A stretch of 64,000 bases of DNA, taken from Clostridiales bacterium. Lineage in GTDB: Bacteria; Bacillota; Clostridia; Christensenellales; UBA1242. The DNA lies in assembly GCA_918292005.1 (NCBI GenBank), contig CAKJZJ010000003.1:4161-68160 (forward strand), read 5' to 3'. The notes below the pieces were generated by a model that saw only the letters and a program-made list of their open reading frames with translations, had not been told where the DNA came from and did not search any database. Each line of letters begins with the position of its first letter. Within the stretch, counting starts at the first letter, position 1. The translations under genes were made by a program, and so were the position numbers. Below, piece by piece: positions 10,114 to 18,574 of this stretch.

Positions 10114-10142
10114 CGCCCATCAATGTGATGGGTGCTTTTTTT
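10114..10142 (+). terminator. Rho-independent terminator of hpf
   Basis: CGCCCATC-AATGT-GATGGGTG hairpin followed by a T7 run. Confidence 0.7.
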
Positions 10143-10175
10143 ATATTATGTTGAGGTGTCGTTTTGTAATTTTTG

Positions 10176-10206
10176 AAAAAAAAGATAAGGGAGTCGCACC
10201 CTTATC
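10176..10206 (-). terminator. Orphan rho-independent terminator (minus strand)
   Basis: On the minus strand: GATAAGGG-TGCGACT-CCCTTATC followed by T8. No annotated gene lies upstream of it on that strand within about 340 nt. Confidence 0.6.
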
Positions 10207-10275
10207 CTTTACCTAAATATATGTATATAGGTAGAATGAAAAATGGAAAAACATTTTAAGTTCTTTAAAATGCAC
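10176..10275 (-). ncRNA. Candidate ~100-nt small RNA (orphan promoter to orphan terminator)
   Basis: The predicted promoter and the perfect terminator sit about 100 nt apart, inside a 430-bp gap between convergent genes that each have their own terminator. The only internal ORF is 13 codons and has no RBS. Confidence 0.25.
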
Positions 10276-10279
10276 CTAT

Positions 10280-10308
10280 AGTGTAGCACCGAAAAATACC
10301 ATTGTCAA
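10280..10308 (-). promoter_or_regulatory. Candidate minus-strand promoter (extended -10)
   Basis: Minus strand reads TTGACA (10308-10303), 17-nt spacer, TGC-TACACT (-10 at 10285-10280). Confidence 0.35.
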
Positions 10309-10543
10309 TACCTTTTTAAAAATTTTTTATTTGTCAAAAAATAATGGCTATTTTTAGGCAAAAAATAACAAAAATTTATTTTTAAAAATATGACGTTTTC
10401 TAAATTTTGCATCATAATTATTGTATTTTGTCAAACAAAATAAGGCTGTTTTGTATAAAAAATATTTAAAAATTTTTTTAATTTTTTGTTAATTTTTTTA
10501 AAAATTTGATGTTAATGCAAAAAAAATAGCAGGGTAGTCCTTG

Positions 10544-11797
10544 CTATTCTTCTTCTTTCGCTACTGATCTTCGTCCACGATTTTGTATTTCATTATTTTG
10601 TAGGTAGTCCACTAGATTTTGTCTGCTTTTTTCTTCTCCGTATGGAATAATTAGACTAGAAGCACTCATAGTTATGCATATAGATATAAATATAGCAATT
10701 AGCCCAAAGAAACCTAACGAGTAACCTATACAATATGCGAATACGCAACTGGTCTCCCTAGTGAATAGGGCAGAATTGGAACATGCCATTATTCTTGATT
10801 TGATCAACATTCTGTCTAGAACAAATAATGAAATGAATGGATATGTGAAACCAATAATTCCATATATAATGCAAACCAGTATAAATTGTGTTACAACATT
10901 AATAAATGGTAGTGACATAGAGCATATTCCAATTAAAACGCAGAATATTGAGACTATTATTGTTGTATCTTTCTTTTCATTGATAATGCCGGCTACATAG
11001 AAACCAACTGCATAGAATGAATTAAATACAGCATTTAATATACCTGCCGTAGCAAATTCGCCATTTTGAATAAATACGAAAAGGCTAAATGTGGTGGTTA
11101 GTAGGTCTGTAAAAGCGAATGAGAAATACACAATGCCATACGTTAATAGTAATTTTTTTGTAAGTTTTTTGCTTTCTTTGGCGGTAATATCGCTTTTTTC
11201 ATTTGTTATTATTGCATTTGAAGTAGCATCTTTATTGAATGTTTTTTGATTTTTAGATTTGATGTAATACATTACTAAAGGTATTACACTGATAGCATAT
11301 ATTGTTAGTGACATTATGAGAACTATGGTTTTATTTAGGTCGAGCAGATAACCGCCGACTACCAATGCTATAATTATTCCAATTTGTTCAAATAGTCTTG
11401 TAACACCTATAGAATTATTGCCTTCGCTTTTTGTAAGTGATGCATAATTAAATATGATTTCTTTAGATAGGTTATTAACAGCATTATCTATGGCTAAAAA
11501 GAATGTTACACCTATTACACCTAGAAGTAAATTGGCATCTATTACAAATATAAATAAGTTGCCAATAGTAATTGGTATTATTCGTATTAGTAATAGTAAT
11601 TGTGGGTATTTATTGTATAGGGGACGAATAATAAAAGTAGTAATAAGTCTCAGTATATTGTATCCAACGCAATAACTGATTGAATACAAAATATTATTCG
11701 TTGCTTGATATATTATGAGTGGAATAAAAGCACCAACTAGATTGTTGGCGAAATTCGCAAGCATTTTGTGAAAATTGAGTAGTTTTAATTGATTCAT
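10544..11797 (-). CDS. MFS-type transporter (paralog A)
   Basis: 417 aa with about 12 hydrophobic segments. Clear paralog of the 11936-13195 product, with a shared N-terminus (KLLNF..MANF..LVG.FIP) and a shared C-terminal EEK.R..LVD.LQ.NE. Confidence 0.65.
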   Translation of the reverse strand: MNQLKLLNFHKMLANFANNLVGAFIPLIIYQATNNILYSISYCVGYNILRLITTFIIRPLYNKYPQLLLLIRIIPITIGNLFIFVIDANLLLGVIGVTFFLAIDNAVNNLSKEIIFNYASLTKSEGNNSIGVTRLFEQIGIIIALVVGGYLLDLNKTIVLIMSLTIYAISVIPLVMYYIKSKNQKTFNKDATSNAIITNEKSDITAKESKKLTKKLLLTYGIVYFSFAFTDLLTTTFSLFVFIQNGEFATAGILNAVFNSFYAVGFYVAGIINEKKDTTIIVSIFCVLIGICSMSLPFINVVTQFILVCIIYGIIGFTYPFISLFVLDRMLIKSRIMACSNSALFTRETSCVFAYCIGYSLGFFGLIAIFISICITMSASSLIIPYGEEKSRQNLVDYLQNNEIQNRGRRSVAKEEE

Positions 11798-11827
11798 ATT
11801 CTTTCCATTTTCTCTATATTCGAGTAT

Positions 11828-11846
11828 ATATTAACATAGTTAATAT
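11828..11846. promoter_or_regulatory. Perfect 8-3-8 inverted repeat in divergent MFS promoter region (possible operator)
   Basis: ATATTAAC-ATA-GTTAATAT read directly. Confidence 0.25.
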
Positions 11847-11888
11847 TTTTTTAAAAACGATTTTGGGTAAACTATCAATTTTATTTGT

Positions 11889-11916
11889 TTGACTAAAAGT
11901 TGTTATGTGTTAAAAT
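11889..11916 (+). promoter_or_regulatory. Candidate promoter of MFS paralog B
   Basis: TTGACT, 16-nt spacer ending in TGT, then TAAAAT. Confidence 0.45.
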
Positions 11917-11935
11917 GTAGGTATAGGTAAGTATT

Positions 11936-13195
11936 ATGGAAGGCAAATTGCTTAATTTTAATAGGGTTATGGCTAATTTTTCTACCAAATTGGTGGGTGG
12001 TTTTATCCCTGCTATAGTTTATAAATACGCTACTGATAGTAAGATGCAATTAGCAGTGCTTACTATTATTTTAGAGTTTCTTATTAGTTTTATTTTTAAT
12101 GTAATTCTTAAAAATTGGTTGATAAAAAAACCACAATTATTTTTGTTTTTAAGGGTAATACCAATTATTGTTTATCAAGTATTGTTATTGTATGTTGCTC
12201 ACAATCCATATTTGTGTGTAGTGGGTATAGGTATTGCTTTTTCACTTAGTTACACATTTAAAAACATTCCTAATGAAGTCCTTTTTTCGTATATTAATGC
12301 TACTAGAAAGTCGGGTACTGGTAGGCAATTAGCATTAACAAAACTACTGGATCAATTCGCACTTATTCTAGGTACAATCGTGGGTGGTATTGCTCTAGAT
12401 TATATAGATGCATACATACTCGTCATTATATCAATAATACTATATATTATAGGGGCTTTGCCATTACTCATATACTATATTACACACAAAAAGGATGGCA
12501 ATCTAAATCAAGAGTATTCTACATATGCACATATTTCTCTGAAAGAGACTAGTCATAATTCTGTTGTGGCCAATCAAGTTTCTAGGAAAATGCAGTTTCT
12601 GTATTTAATTTTCTATTTCTTGCAAGAGAGTGTGAATGCTATATATGTTCTTATTCCTTTATTGACTTTCGTCTTGACTGGTAGATTTACCGATGCGGCT
12701 ATCGCTACAGCATTATTTGATGGGGCATATGGATTGGGCTGTTATGTCGCTGGGATTATAGATGCTAGAAAAGATTTGACATGGGTAGCAATGGTTTGTG
12801 GCATATTCGTGGGTATTATCGGTGTATCTATGATATTCATAAAAAGCGAGTTTTTGTGGGCATTTTATCTACTTTGCATACTACTTGGTATTTGCTATGC
12901 TTTTGCATTTATATTTATGTACAATAGGATGCTTACCAAGACCAAACTAGTAGGTCGTGGTACTACTTGTGTTATTAATAGAATCAATATGTATTCACTA
13001 TCTACGTGCTTTGCTTGCGTGTTTGGATTGGTATTTCCAATAGTATCTTGTTTCATTGTGGCAGGACTTTTATCTATAGCGAGTGGTGTAGCATCACCTT
13101 TTATTGAAGAAAAAACCAGACGAATACTGGTAGATCATCTACAGGATAATGAAGTTCGCAAGGAAGAGTCGCCTATAACTTATAGGGATTTTTAA
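11936..13195 (+). CDS. MFS-type transporter (paralog B)
   Basis: 419 aa polytopic membrane protein, paralogous to the divergently transcribed 10544-11797 gene. Confidence 0.65.
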   Translation: MEGKLLNFNRVMANFSTKLVGGFIPAIVYKYATDSKMQLAVLTIILEFLISFIFNVILKNWLIKKPQLFLFLRVIPIIVYQVLLLYVAHNPYLCVVGIGIAFSLSYTFKNIPNEVLFSYINATRKSGTGRQLALTKLLDQFALILGTIVGGIALDYIDAYILVIISIILYIIGALPLLIYYITHKKDGNLNQEYSTYAHISLKETSHNSVVANQVSRKMQFLYLIFYFLQESVNAIYVLIPLLTFVLTGRFTDAAIATALFDGAYGLGCYVAGIIDARKDLTWVAMVCGIFVGIIGVSMIFIKSEFLWAFYLLCILLGICYAFAFIFMYNRMLTKTKLVGRGTTCVINRINMYSLSTCFACVFGLVFPIVSCFIVAGLLSIASGVASPFIEEKTRRILVDHLQDNEVRKEESPITYRDF

Positions 13196-13228
13196 AAGAA
13201 AAAGAGTGTTGCCTAACACTCTTTTTTA
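13196..13228. terminator. Bidirectional terminator
   Basis: AGAGTGTT-GCCT-AACACTCT hairpin with flanking A- and T-runs, between convergent genes. Confidence 0.7.
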
Positions 13229-13232
13229 TTTT

Positions 13233-13916
13233 CTATTCAAGATTTTTTCTAGCCACAGTGAGTTCGTTTGATTCTATTTTGATTAATTTTGGATTTTCCA
13301 ATACTATATCATGCATGAATTTTTTAAAGTCATCTCTGTCTCTGTATGCTTCACAAACGATATCTAGTGTAGGCTGAGAAACTTTATGATGCGATGTGGA
13401 TTTGGAATATTCTGCTATATCAAAAGATATTGTCATTTTTAGTCCAGTATTGTTTACCACTCTATAAGAGTCTCTTTTTTTGAAAACTTTTACCTGTGGC
13501 TTACATTTACGTAAATATTCTTCAATGTCTACGTTTAGGCCAGTAGGGTAAACTTTATATATTGCTTCGCTGATACTATCGTAATAGTTTTCTATGCCTT
13601 CTTTCTTTCCAATTTTCATTTTAAAGAAATTAGGAATATTTTTCAAAAACTCTATTCTAGTTACTTGTTCGCTATCATATCTAATTATTAGTTCTTTATT
13701 ATCGCCATTGATATTAACTGTATAAATGTTTATTCCTTTCTCTGCAAAGAAAAAGTCTTCGGTATCATAATATACCTTTTCATTATATACGCTACCAAGT
13801 GAACCAACTGAATAACTAGATAGCATTTGTCCCTTAAGTATTTGATTTTTATCACTTTTTATATTTGATAGAAGAAATCTACCATTCAAAAAATTTGCTA
13901 CTTGTATCAATTCCAT
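13233..13916 (-). CDS. Hypothetical protein, possibly CYTH/triphosphate-tunnel-like
   Basis: 227 aa. The VYYDTEDFFF...GINIY and VFKKRDSYRV...ISFD strand patterns loosely resemble CYTH domains. No EXEXK motif was seen. Confidence 0.4.
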   Translation of the reverse strand: MELIQVANFLNGRFLLSNIKSDKNQILKGQMLSSYSVGSLGSVYNEKVYYDTEDFFFAEKGINIYTVNINGDNKELIIRYDSEQVTRIEFLKNIPNFFKMKIGKKEGIENYYDSISEAIYKVYPTGLNVDIEEYLRKCKPQVKVFKKRDSYRVVNNTGLKMTISFDIAEYSKSTSHHKVSQPTLDIVCEAYRDRDDFKKFMHDIVLENPKLIKIESNELTVARKNLE

Positions 13917-14071
13917 ACAAATATTATAGTATACCTATATTTTTTTAGCAAATAATTTTTCGACTTTGTGGAGAGTTTATTATTGTTAAACATCAGATTT
14001 TAAGCATATTCTATTGTAAAATATTATTTTATTTGATAAAATAATAGAGATTAATTAAGGAGATTACAGCT

Positions 14072-14974
14072 TTGAGTAAGAAATTTTTGGCTTGTATTAT
14101 GTTATTACTGATGTCAATTTGTTGTTTTTGTGGCTGTGCACAAGTCGAGTTTTTACGCACTGTCGATGATTATGAAGTAATCACCGATAAATTGGTTGTG
14201 GTCTTAGACGAAGCCAAACTTAATAAACATAATGTGAGTTTGGAGACGGTTACTGCCGAAATAAATAACGACTTTATTAGATTCAGACAACATGTAGGCA
14301 TGTGGGTTGATTCTTTTGCACCTTATCCTGAATTACATGAGATGTTGGAAAAGGGTGTTTATTGCGAATATACATTTGTAAAAAGAAATGAATTGAGTGT
14401 ATTGGTTCAATTTGCAAATTGGGATTGCTTCGCTATTTTCTATGGGCTAATTGATATCAAAGATTGTGAGTACAATCGTGCTATGGAAGATATTGGTCCA
14501 TTTATTACCAAGATTATTAATGGTGAATTTGAAAAAGAAAATATTGGACTTTTCTTGTATAAGTATTCCGTGGTAAATGATGCGGGAATAATTGGTAAGA
14601 TTAGAGATAATGGATATTCTATTGAAGGTATCAATACTGATTATGTGCAAAAATATAAGAATATCACCAAATATTCACTAGATGACATTGAAATGTCACA
14701 AGTATTTGTTTATCCTGATGACAGGATATATAGTAATGCCACCTATGAAGACCATGTGGGTGATCTAACAATGTTATCTTGGGATCTGACCGATTGTGGT
14801 GAAGGTTACCAGATGAGTATTTATAAGGTTGCTCCACGTGCAGTTAGTTGGTATGTATTAGCAATAGTTATATCTGCTATTGTGGTAGTAGCGTTGTTTG
14901 TTTACATCAAAACACATGCGCAGAATCAAATTGTTGTGAAAATAACCAAACAGGATGTTGAGAATAATGGGTAG
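14072..14974 (+). CDS. Lipoprotein with C-terminal TM anchor, function unknown
   Basis: TTG start after AAGGAG. Signal sequence with lipobox (CFCGC|A). C-terminal helix WYVLAIVISAIVVVALFVYI. Confidence 0.55.
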   Translation: MSKKFLACIMLLLMSICCFCGCAQVEFLRTVDDYEVITDKLVVVLDEAKLNKHNVSLETVTAEINNDFIRFRQHVGMWVDSFAPYPELHEMLEKGVYCEYTFVKRNELSVLVQFANWDCFAIFYGLIDIKDCEYNRAMEDIGPFITKIINGEFEKENIGLFLYKYSVVNDAGIIGKIRDNGYSIEGINTDYVQKYKNITKYSLDDIEMSQVFVYPDDRIYSNATYEDHVGDLTMLSWDLTDCGEGYQMSIYKVAPRAVSWYVLAIVISAIVVVALFVYIKTHAQNQIVVKITKQDVENNG

Positions 14975-15452
14975 TGAGTATTATTTCGATAAAAGAAAAT
15001 GGAAACGTATTTTTATAAAATATGGACTTATATTCCTAATTTCTTTTGTACCAATTGTACTATTCAATGTTTATGTAGGTCCATCTTTAGGTAGAGAATG
15101 GCTTGTAATACTCATTGATACAGCAGTCCTATTGGTTTGTGTAATCATAGGTAGTCATATAGCAAATAGTATATTTGCAAAAAATGATGCAAAATTAGAG
15201 AAAAAACGTAGAGAAAGAGAATATGTCAGGGCTAGGTCACAGGCAATTCTAGAAGAAAGTTATAAAAAGAAAAGACAAGCTAAGGCTGATAGCAAAAAAA
15301 ATAAAAATGATATTGTAATTGAAGTTGAAGAAAAAGAAACAGAAAATGACACAGTGACTACAGAAGATGTCAATCCAGTGCCACCTAATGATAAGGCTAA
15401 AAAAAGTAAAGGAACGCAAAAGAAAAATATAAGTATTAAAAGAAGGAAATAA
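14967..15452 (+). CDS. Membrane protein with K/E-rich tail, function unknown
   Basis: Two N-terminal TM helices followed by a charged tail. Overlaps the previous gene and ends 3 nt before dnaB. Start is ambiguous between 14955 and 14967. Confidence 0.5.
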   Translation: MGSEYYFDKRKWKRIFIKYGLIFLISFVPIVLFNVYVGPSLGREWLVILIDTAVLLVCVIIGSHIANSIFAKNDAKLEKKRREREYVRARSQAILEESYKKKRQAKADSKKNKNDIVIEVEEKETENDTVTTEDVNPVPPNDKAKKSKGTQKKNISIKRRK

Positions 15453-15454
15453 TT

Positions 15455-17053
15455 ATGCCTACCAAAAAAACCAATAAAACTAATATTGCTGCTAGAGTTT
15501 TGCCACATAGTATAGAGGCAGAACAATGTGTTTTGGGCTGTGCTTTTATAGATCAAGATGCTAGTTTTAATATTATGAGTACTCTAAAAGAAGATGACTT
15601 TTATTCTCAGACTCATAAAATTATTTTTGCTGCAATGTTTAAATTGTATTGTTCTAATGTTCCTACAGATTTTGTAACAGTCACATCAAATCTAGAACAA
15701 AGTGGACTTCTAGATAGTGTTGGTGGAGTGGATTATCTATCTACACTTACTAATGTCATTCCTAGTGCTAGCAATTATGCTCATTATGTAGAGATAGTTA
15801 AAAATAATAGTGTTCTACGTCAATTGATAGGTGCTGGACAAGATATTGTTAGCAAATGTTATGAAGATGTGAGTAGAGTAGATGCATTAGATTTTGCCGA
15901 GCAGAATATATTCCAGATAGGTGAAAAAGATGAACGTGGTGGACTGACACACATTAGTGTTGCTGTGAATAATGCTATTTCCAATTTTGAATTATTACAG
16001 AGTAATAAAGGCGTTATCATGGGAGTGCCTAGTGGTATATATGGACTGGATAAAATCACTAATGGATTCCAAAAAGGTGCACTTATTTTGATAGCGGCTA
16101 GACCAGGTTGTGGTAAAACATCTTTGGGTATGAATATTATCAATCATGCTGCTGTGAAATGTGGTAAAAAATGCGCTATTTTCTCACTAGAAATGAGTAA
16201 AGAAGAGATTGCTTCTAGATCAATATGTAGTCTGGCATATGTAGATATGACCAGGGCATTACATGGTGAAATGAATGATAAAGAGTGGACATCAATACTG
16301 AGTGCTAGTCAAAAATTCAAAGAAGCAAATATTTATATAGATGAGGGTTTCTCTAAAACACCTATAGATATTCTCAATAAATGTAGAAAACTGAAAAGAG
16401 AGAAAGGTCTAGACTGTGTAATGATAGACTATCTGCAATTAATGGGTGCCAATGATAAAGGTGATAAAAATAGAACACAAGAAATAAGTGAAATCACTAG
16501 AAATCTAAAGATGGCGGCTAGAGAACTAGAAGTACCTATTATTTTGCTATCACAATTATCCAGACAGAGTGAGGGTAGAAAAGATCATAGACCATTGCTT
16601 AGTGATTTGAGAGAGTCTGGATCTATTGAGCAAGATGCTGATATGGTTATATTCATATATAGGTCTGATATGTATAATGATATACCAGAGAATCAAAGAG
16701 AAAAAGACATAGCCGAGCTTATCATAGAGAAAAACAGATCTGGTAAAACAGCAACAATTAAAACCAAATGGGTAGGCAGTATTACATCATTCTTAAATCT
16801 AGAGAAAGATGCCAATGAACAATCATTAATGGCTAGTATGCCAGAGCAAAAATCTACAGATTCTAATGGTGAGCCAAAGTCCGAGATAATTGCAAAGCCA
16901 CTAGATGAAGATGGTAATGTACCAGCAAGTGAAATACCATTTGATATGCCAGAAGAGCAACCAAGTGCAGAATCGGTTGAAGACACCGTAGAAGTGAAAG
17001 TAGAGCCCACTCCCAAATCTATTGATGATGAATTATTAGATATTTTTGAATAA
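15455..17053 (+). CDS. dnaB: Replicative DNA helicase DnaB with acidic C-terminal extension
   Basis: N-terminal LPHSIEAEQCVLG, Walker A ARPGCGKTSLG, LSQLSR, and IEQDADMV. About 80 extra acidic residues follow the helicase core. Confidence 0.92.
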   Translation: MPTKKTNKTNIAARVLPHSIEAEQCVLGCAFIDQDASFNIMSTLKEDDFYSQTHKIIFAAMFKLYCSNVPTDFVTVTSNLEQSGLLDSVGGVDYLSTLTNVIPSASNYAHYVEIVKNNSVLRQLIGAGQDIVSKCYEDVSRVDALDFAEQNIFQIGEKDERGGLTHISVAVNNAISNFELLQSNKGVIMGVPSGIYGLDKITNGFQKGALILIAARPGCGKTSLGMNIINHAAVKCGKKCAIFSLEMSKEEIASRSICSLAYVDMTRALHGEMNDKEWTSILSASQKFKEANIYIDEGFSKTPIDILNKCRKLKREKGLDCVMIDYLQLMGANDKGDKNRTQEISEITRNLKMAARELEVPIILLSQLSRQSEGRKDHRPLLSDLRESGSIEQDADMVIFIYRSDMYNDIPENQREKDIAELIIEKNRSGKTATIKTKWVGSITSFLNLEKDANEQSLMASMPEQKSTDSNGEPKSEIIAKPLDEDGNVPASEIPFDMPEEQPSAESVEDTVEVKVEPTPKSIDDELLDIFE

Positions 17054-17059
17054 TATATT

Positions 17060-17087
17060 ACACCTGTGTAGAGCAGGTGTTTTTTTA
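17060..17087 (+). terminator. Rho-independent terminator of dnaB
   Basis: ACACCTG-TGTAGAG-CAGGTGT hairpin followed by T7. Confidence 0.7.
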
Positions 17088-17147
17088 TCTTTAGATATTA
17101 GTATATATAATTGTAGTATGTAAAGAATTAGAAAAAGGGGATTGTGA

Positions 17148-18482
17148 GTGAAAAAAATCTTTTATGGTTTTGGTGGGTTATCGTACAGTGTAATTAGTCA
17201 AACCATGTCTAATTTCTTTATGTTTTTTGCCACATCTGTATTGCATTTGCATGGTACCATTGTGGGAATAATAGTATCTATTAGTACACTTTGGGACGGA
17301 TTGAGCGATACAATAGTAGGATATTTGAGTGATACTCGACCAATAGGAAAATTAGGTAGACGTAATAGTTACATGTTGATAGCAGTTATTGGGATGAGTA
17401 TTAGCAATATACTTCTATGGTGTGTACCCAATGATATTCATGTGGTATTGAAAATTGTATGGATACTGATTGCACTATTGATTGTAGAGACTTTCAATAC
17501 GATGTTTTCTACACCATATACTGCACTGGGTAATGAACTTGCATCATCATATAGTGATAGGACTTCTATTAATGCTGTTAGTTCTATCTTTTATTTATTG
17601 GGGGTTGTAATACCTAGTATATTATTTTTTATTTTTTTGCCCGATACAAATGAATATCCTGTAGGTCAATTAAATCCAAAAGGCTATGTTTGGATTGCTT
17701 TAGTATCTAGTGCAATATGCTTTATATTTGGCATTATATGTACGCTTTGTGCCAGAAATTCACATGAAAGTGTCAAAAACACAAATTACAAAAAGTTTAG
17801 TATTTTGAAAATATTGAAAAGTTTTTCGGCTGTGGTAAAAAATAATCGTGTTAGGAGATTGATGATTGGATATATACTTACTAGTGTTGCCACAGTGTTT
17901 TTGTGTAGTGTGGGTTTGCATTTTTTTACTTATGCTATGTTTTATACTTCTAGTCAGATTACCATTCTTCTTTTGTCTTTAATGTTAGGCACTATTATTA
18001 GTCAGCCACTATGGATATGGATTAGTAGTAAGTTTAATAAAAAATCTGCTCTCATATTTGGAATAGTGTTTACAATTATTTCTGTATTTCTAGTGATAGT
18101 GGTTTATTTATTTAGAGTGGAGCTTGAAGAGTCTTCTTACTATTTAATGCTTGTATCTATTTTTGCATGTGGTGTGGGTAGTGGCTCTCTCTATTCACTT
18201 CCTACATCTATGTATGGTGACGAGATAATGTCGGGTAATAATTCAAATATGGTTGCAACATTTAGTGGGGCTTTGACATTCTCTGGTAATATTGCTAATT
18301 CCATTACTCAATTATTGGTGGGGGTCCTTTTAGACATAATTGCTTTTGATCCAATTCACGACATTCAGTCTTTGTCCGTTCAGACGGGACTAGCACTTAT
18401 TTTATTTGTGGGAGTTCAGTCTTCGTTAATACTAGCATGTATGGTTTTTGCTAGCCATAAAGAAAGAAAAATTCAAATATAA
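17148..18482 (+). CDS. GPH/MFS-family cation symporter-like transporter
   Basis: 444 aa, 12 hydrophobic segments, and the GPH-like motif WDGLSDTIVGYLSDTRPIGKLGRR. Confidence 0.65.
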   Translation: MKKIFYGFGGLSYSVISQTMSNFFMFFATSVLHLHGTIVGIIVSISTLWDGLSDTIVGYLSDTRPIGKLGRRNSYMLIAVIGMSISNILLWCVPNDIHVVLKIVWILIALLIVETFNTMFSTPYTALGNELASSYSDRTSINAVSSIFYLLGVVIPSILFFIFLPDTNEYPVGQLNPKGYVWIALVSSAICFIFGIICTLCARNSHESVKNTNYKKFSILKILKSFSAVVKNNRVRRLMIGYILTSVATVFLCSVGLHFFTYAMFYTSSQITILLLSLMLGTIISQPLWIWISSKFNKKSALIFGIVFTIISVFLVIVVYLFRVELEESSYYLMLVSIFACGVGSGSLYSLPTSMYGDEIMSGNNSNMVATFSGALTFSGNIANSITQLLVGVLLDIIAFDPIHDIQSLSVQTGLALILFVGVQSSLILACMVFASHKERKIQI

Positions 18483-18574
18483 TTTTTGGACTTCATCTCA
18501 ATATTTCTAGTTGATAAAATGCGTGTTATATGTTAATATATTATTTGATATTATAATATAGGCTAGGTGATGAT

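Noticed and set aside
10233-10275. 13-codon hydrophobic ORF (MFFHFSFYLYTYI) on the minus strand as a type I toxin.
   Set aside because: It is too short, has no RBS and no TM-length helix. The region is treated as a possible non-coding RNA instead.
10143-10543. Replication origin (DnaA-box cluster) or CRISPR leader/array in the AT-rich gap.
   Set aside because: No repeated TTATCCACA-type boxes are present, only loose resemblances. There are no regularly spaced direct repeats, and no dnaA/dnaN or cas genes are nearby.
18483-18574. Possible T-box leader upstream of alaS.
   Set aside because: The gap is only 92 nt, which is too short for a T-box. No specifier-loop or T-box sequence was visible.
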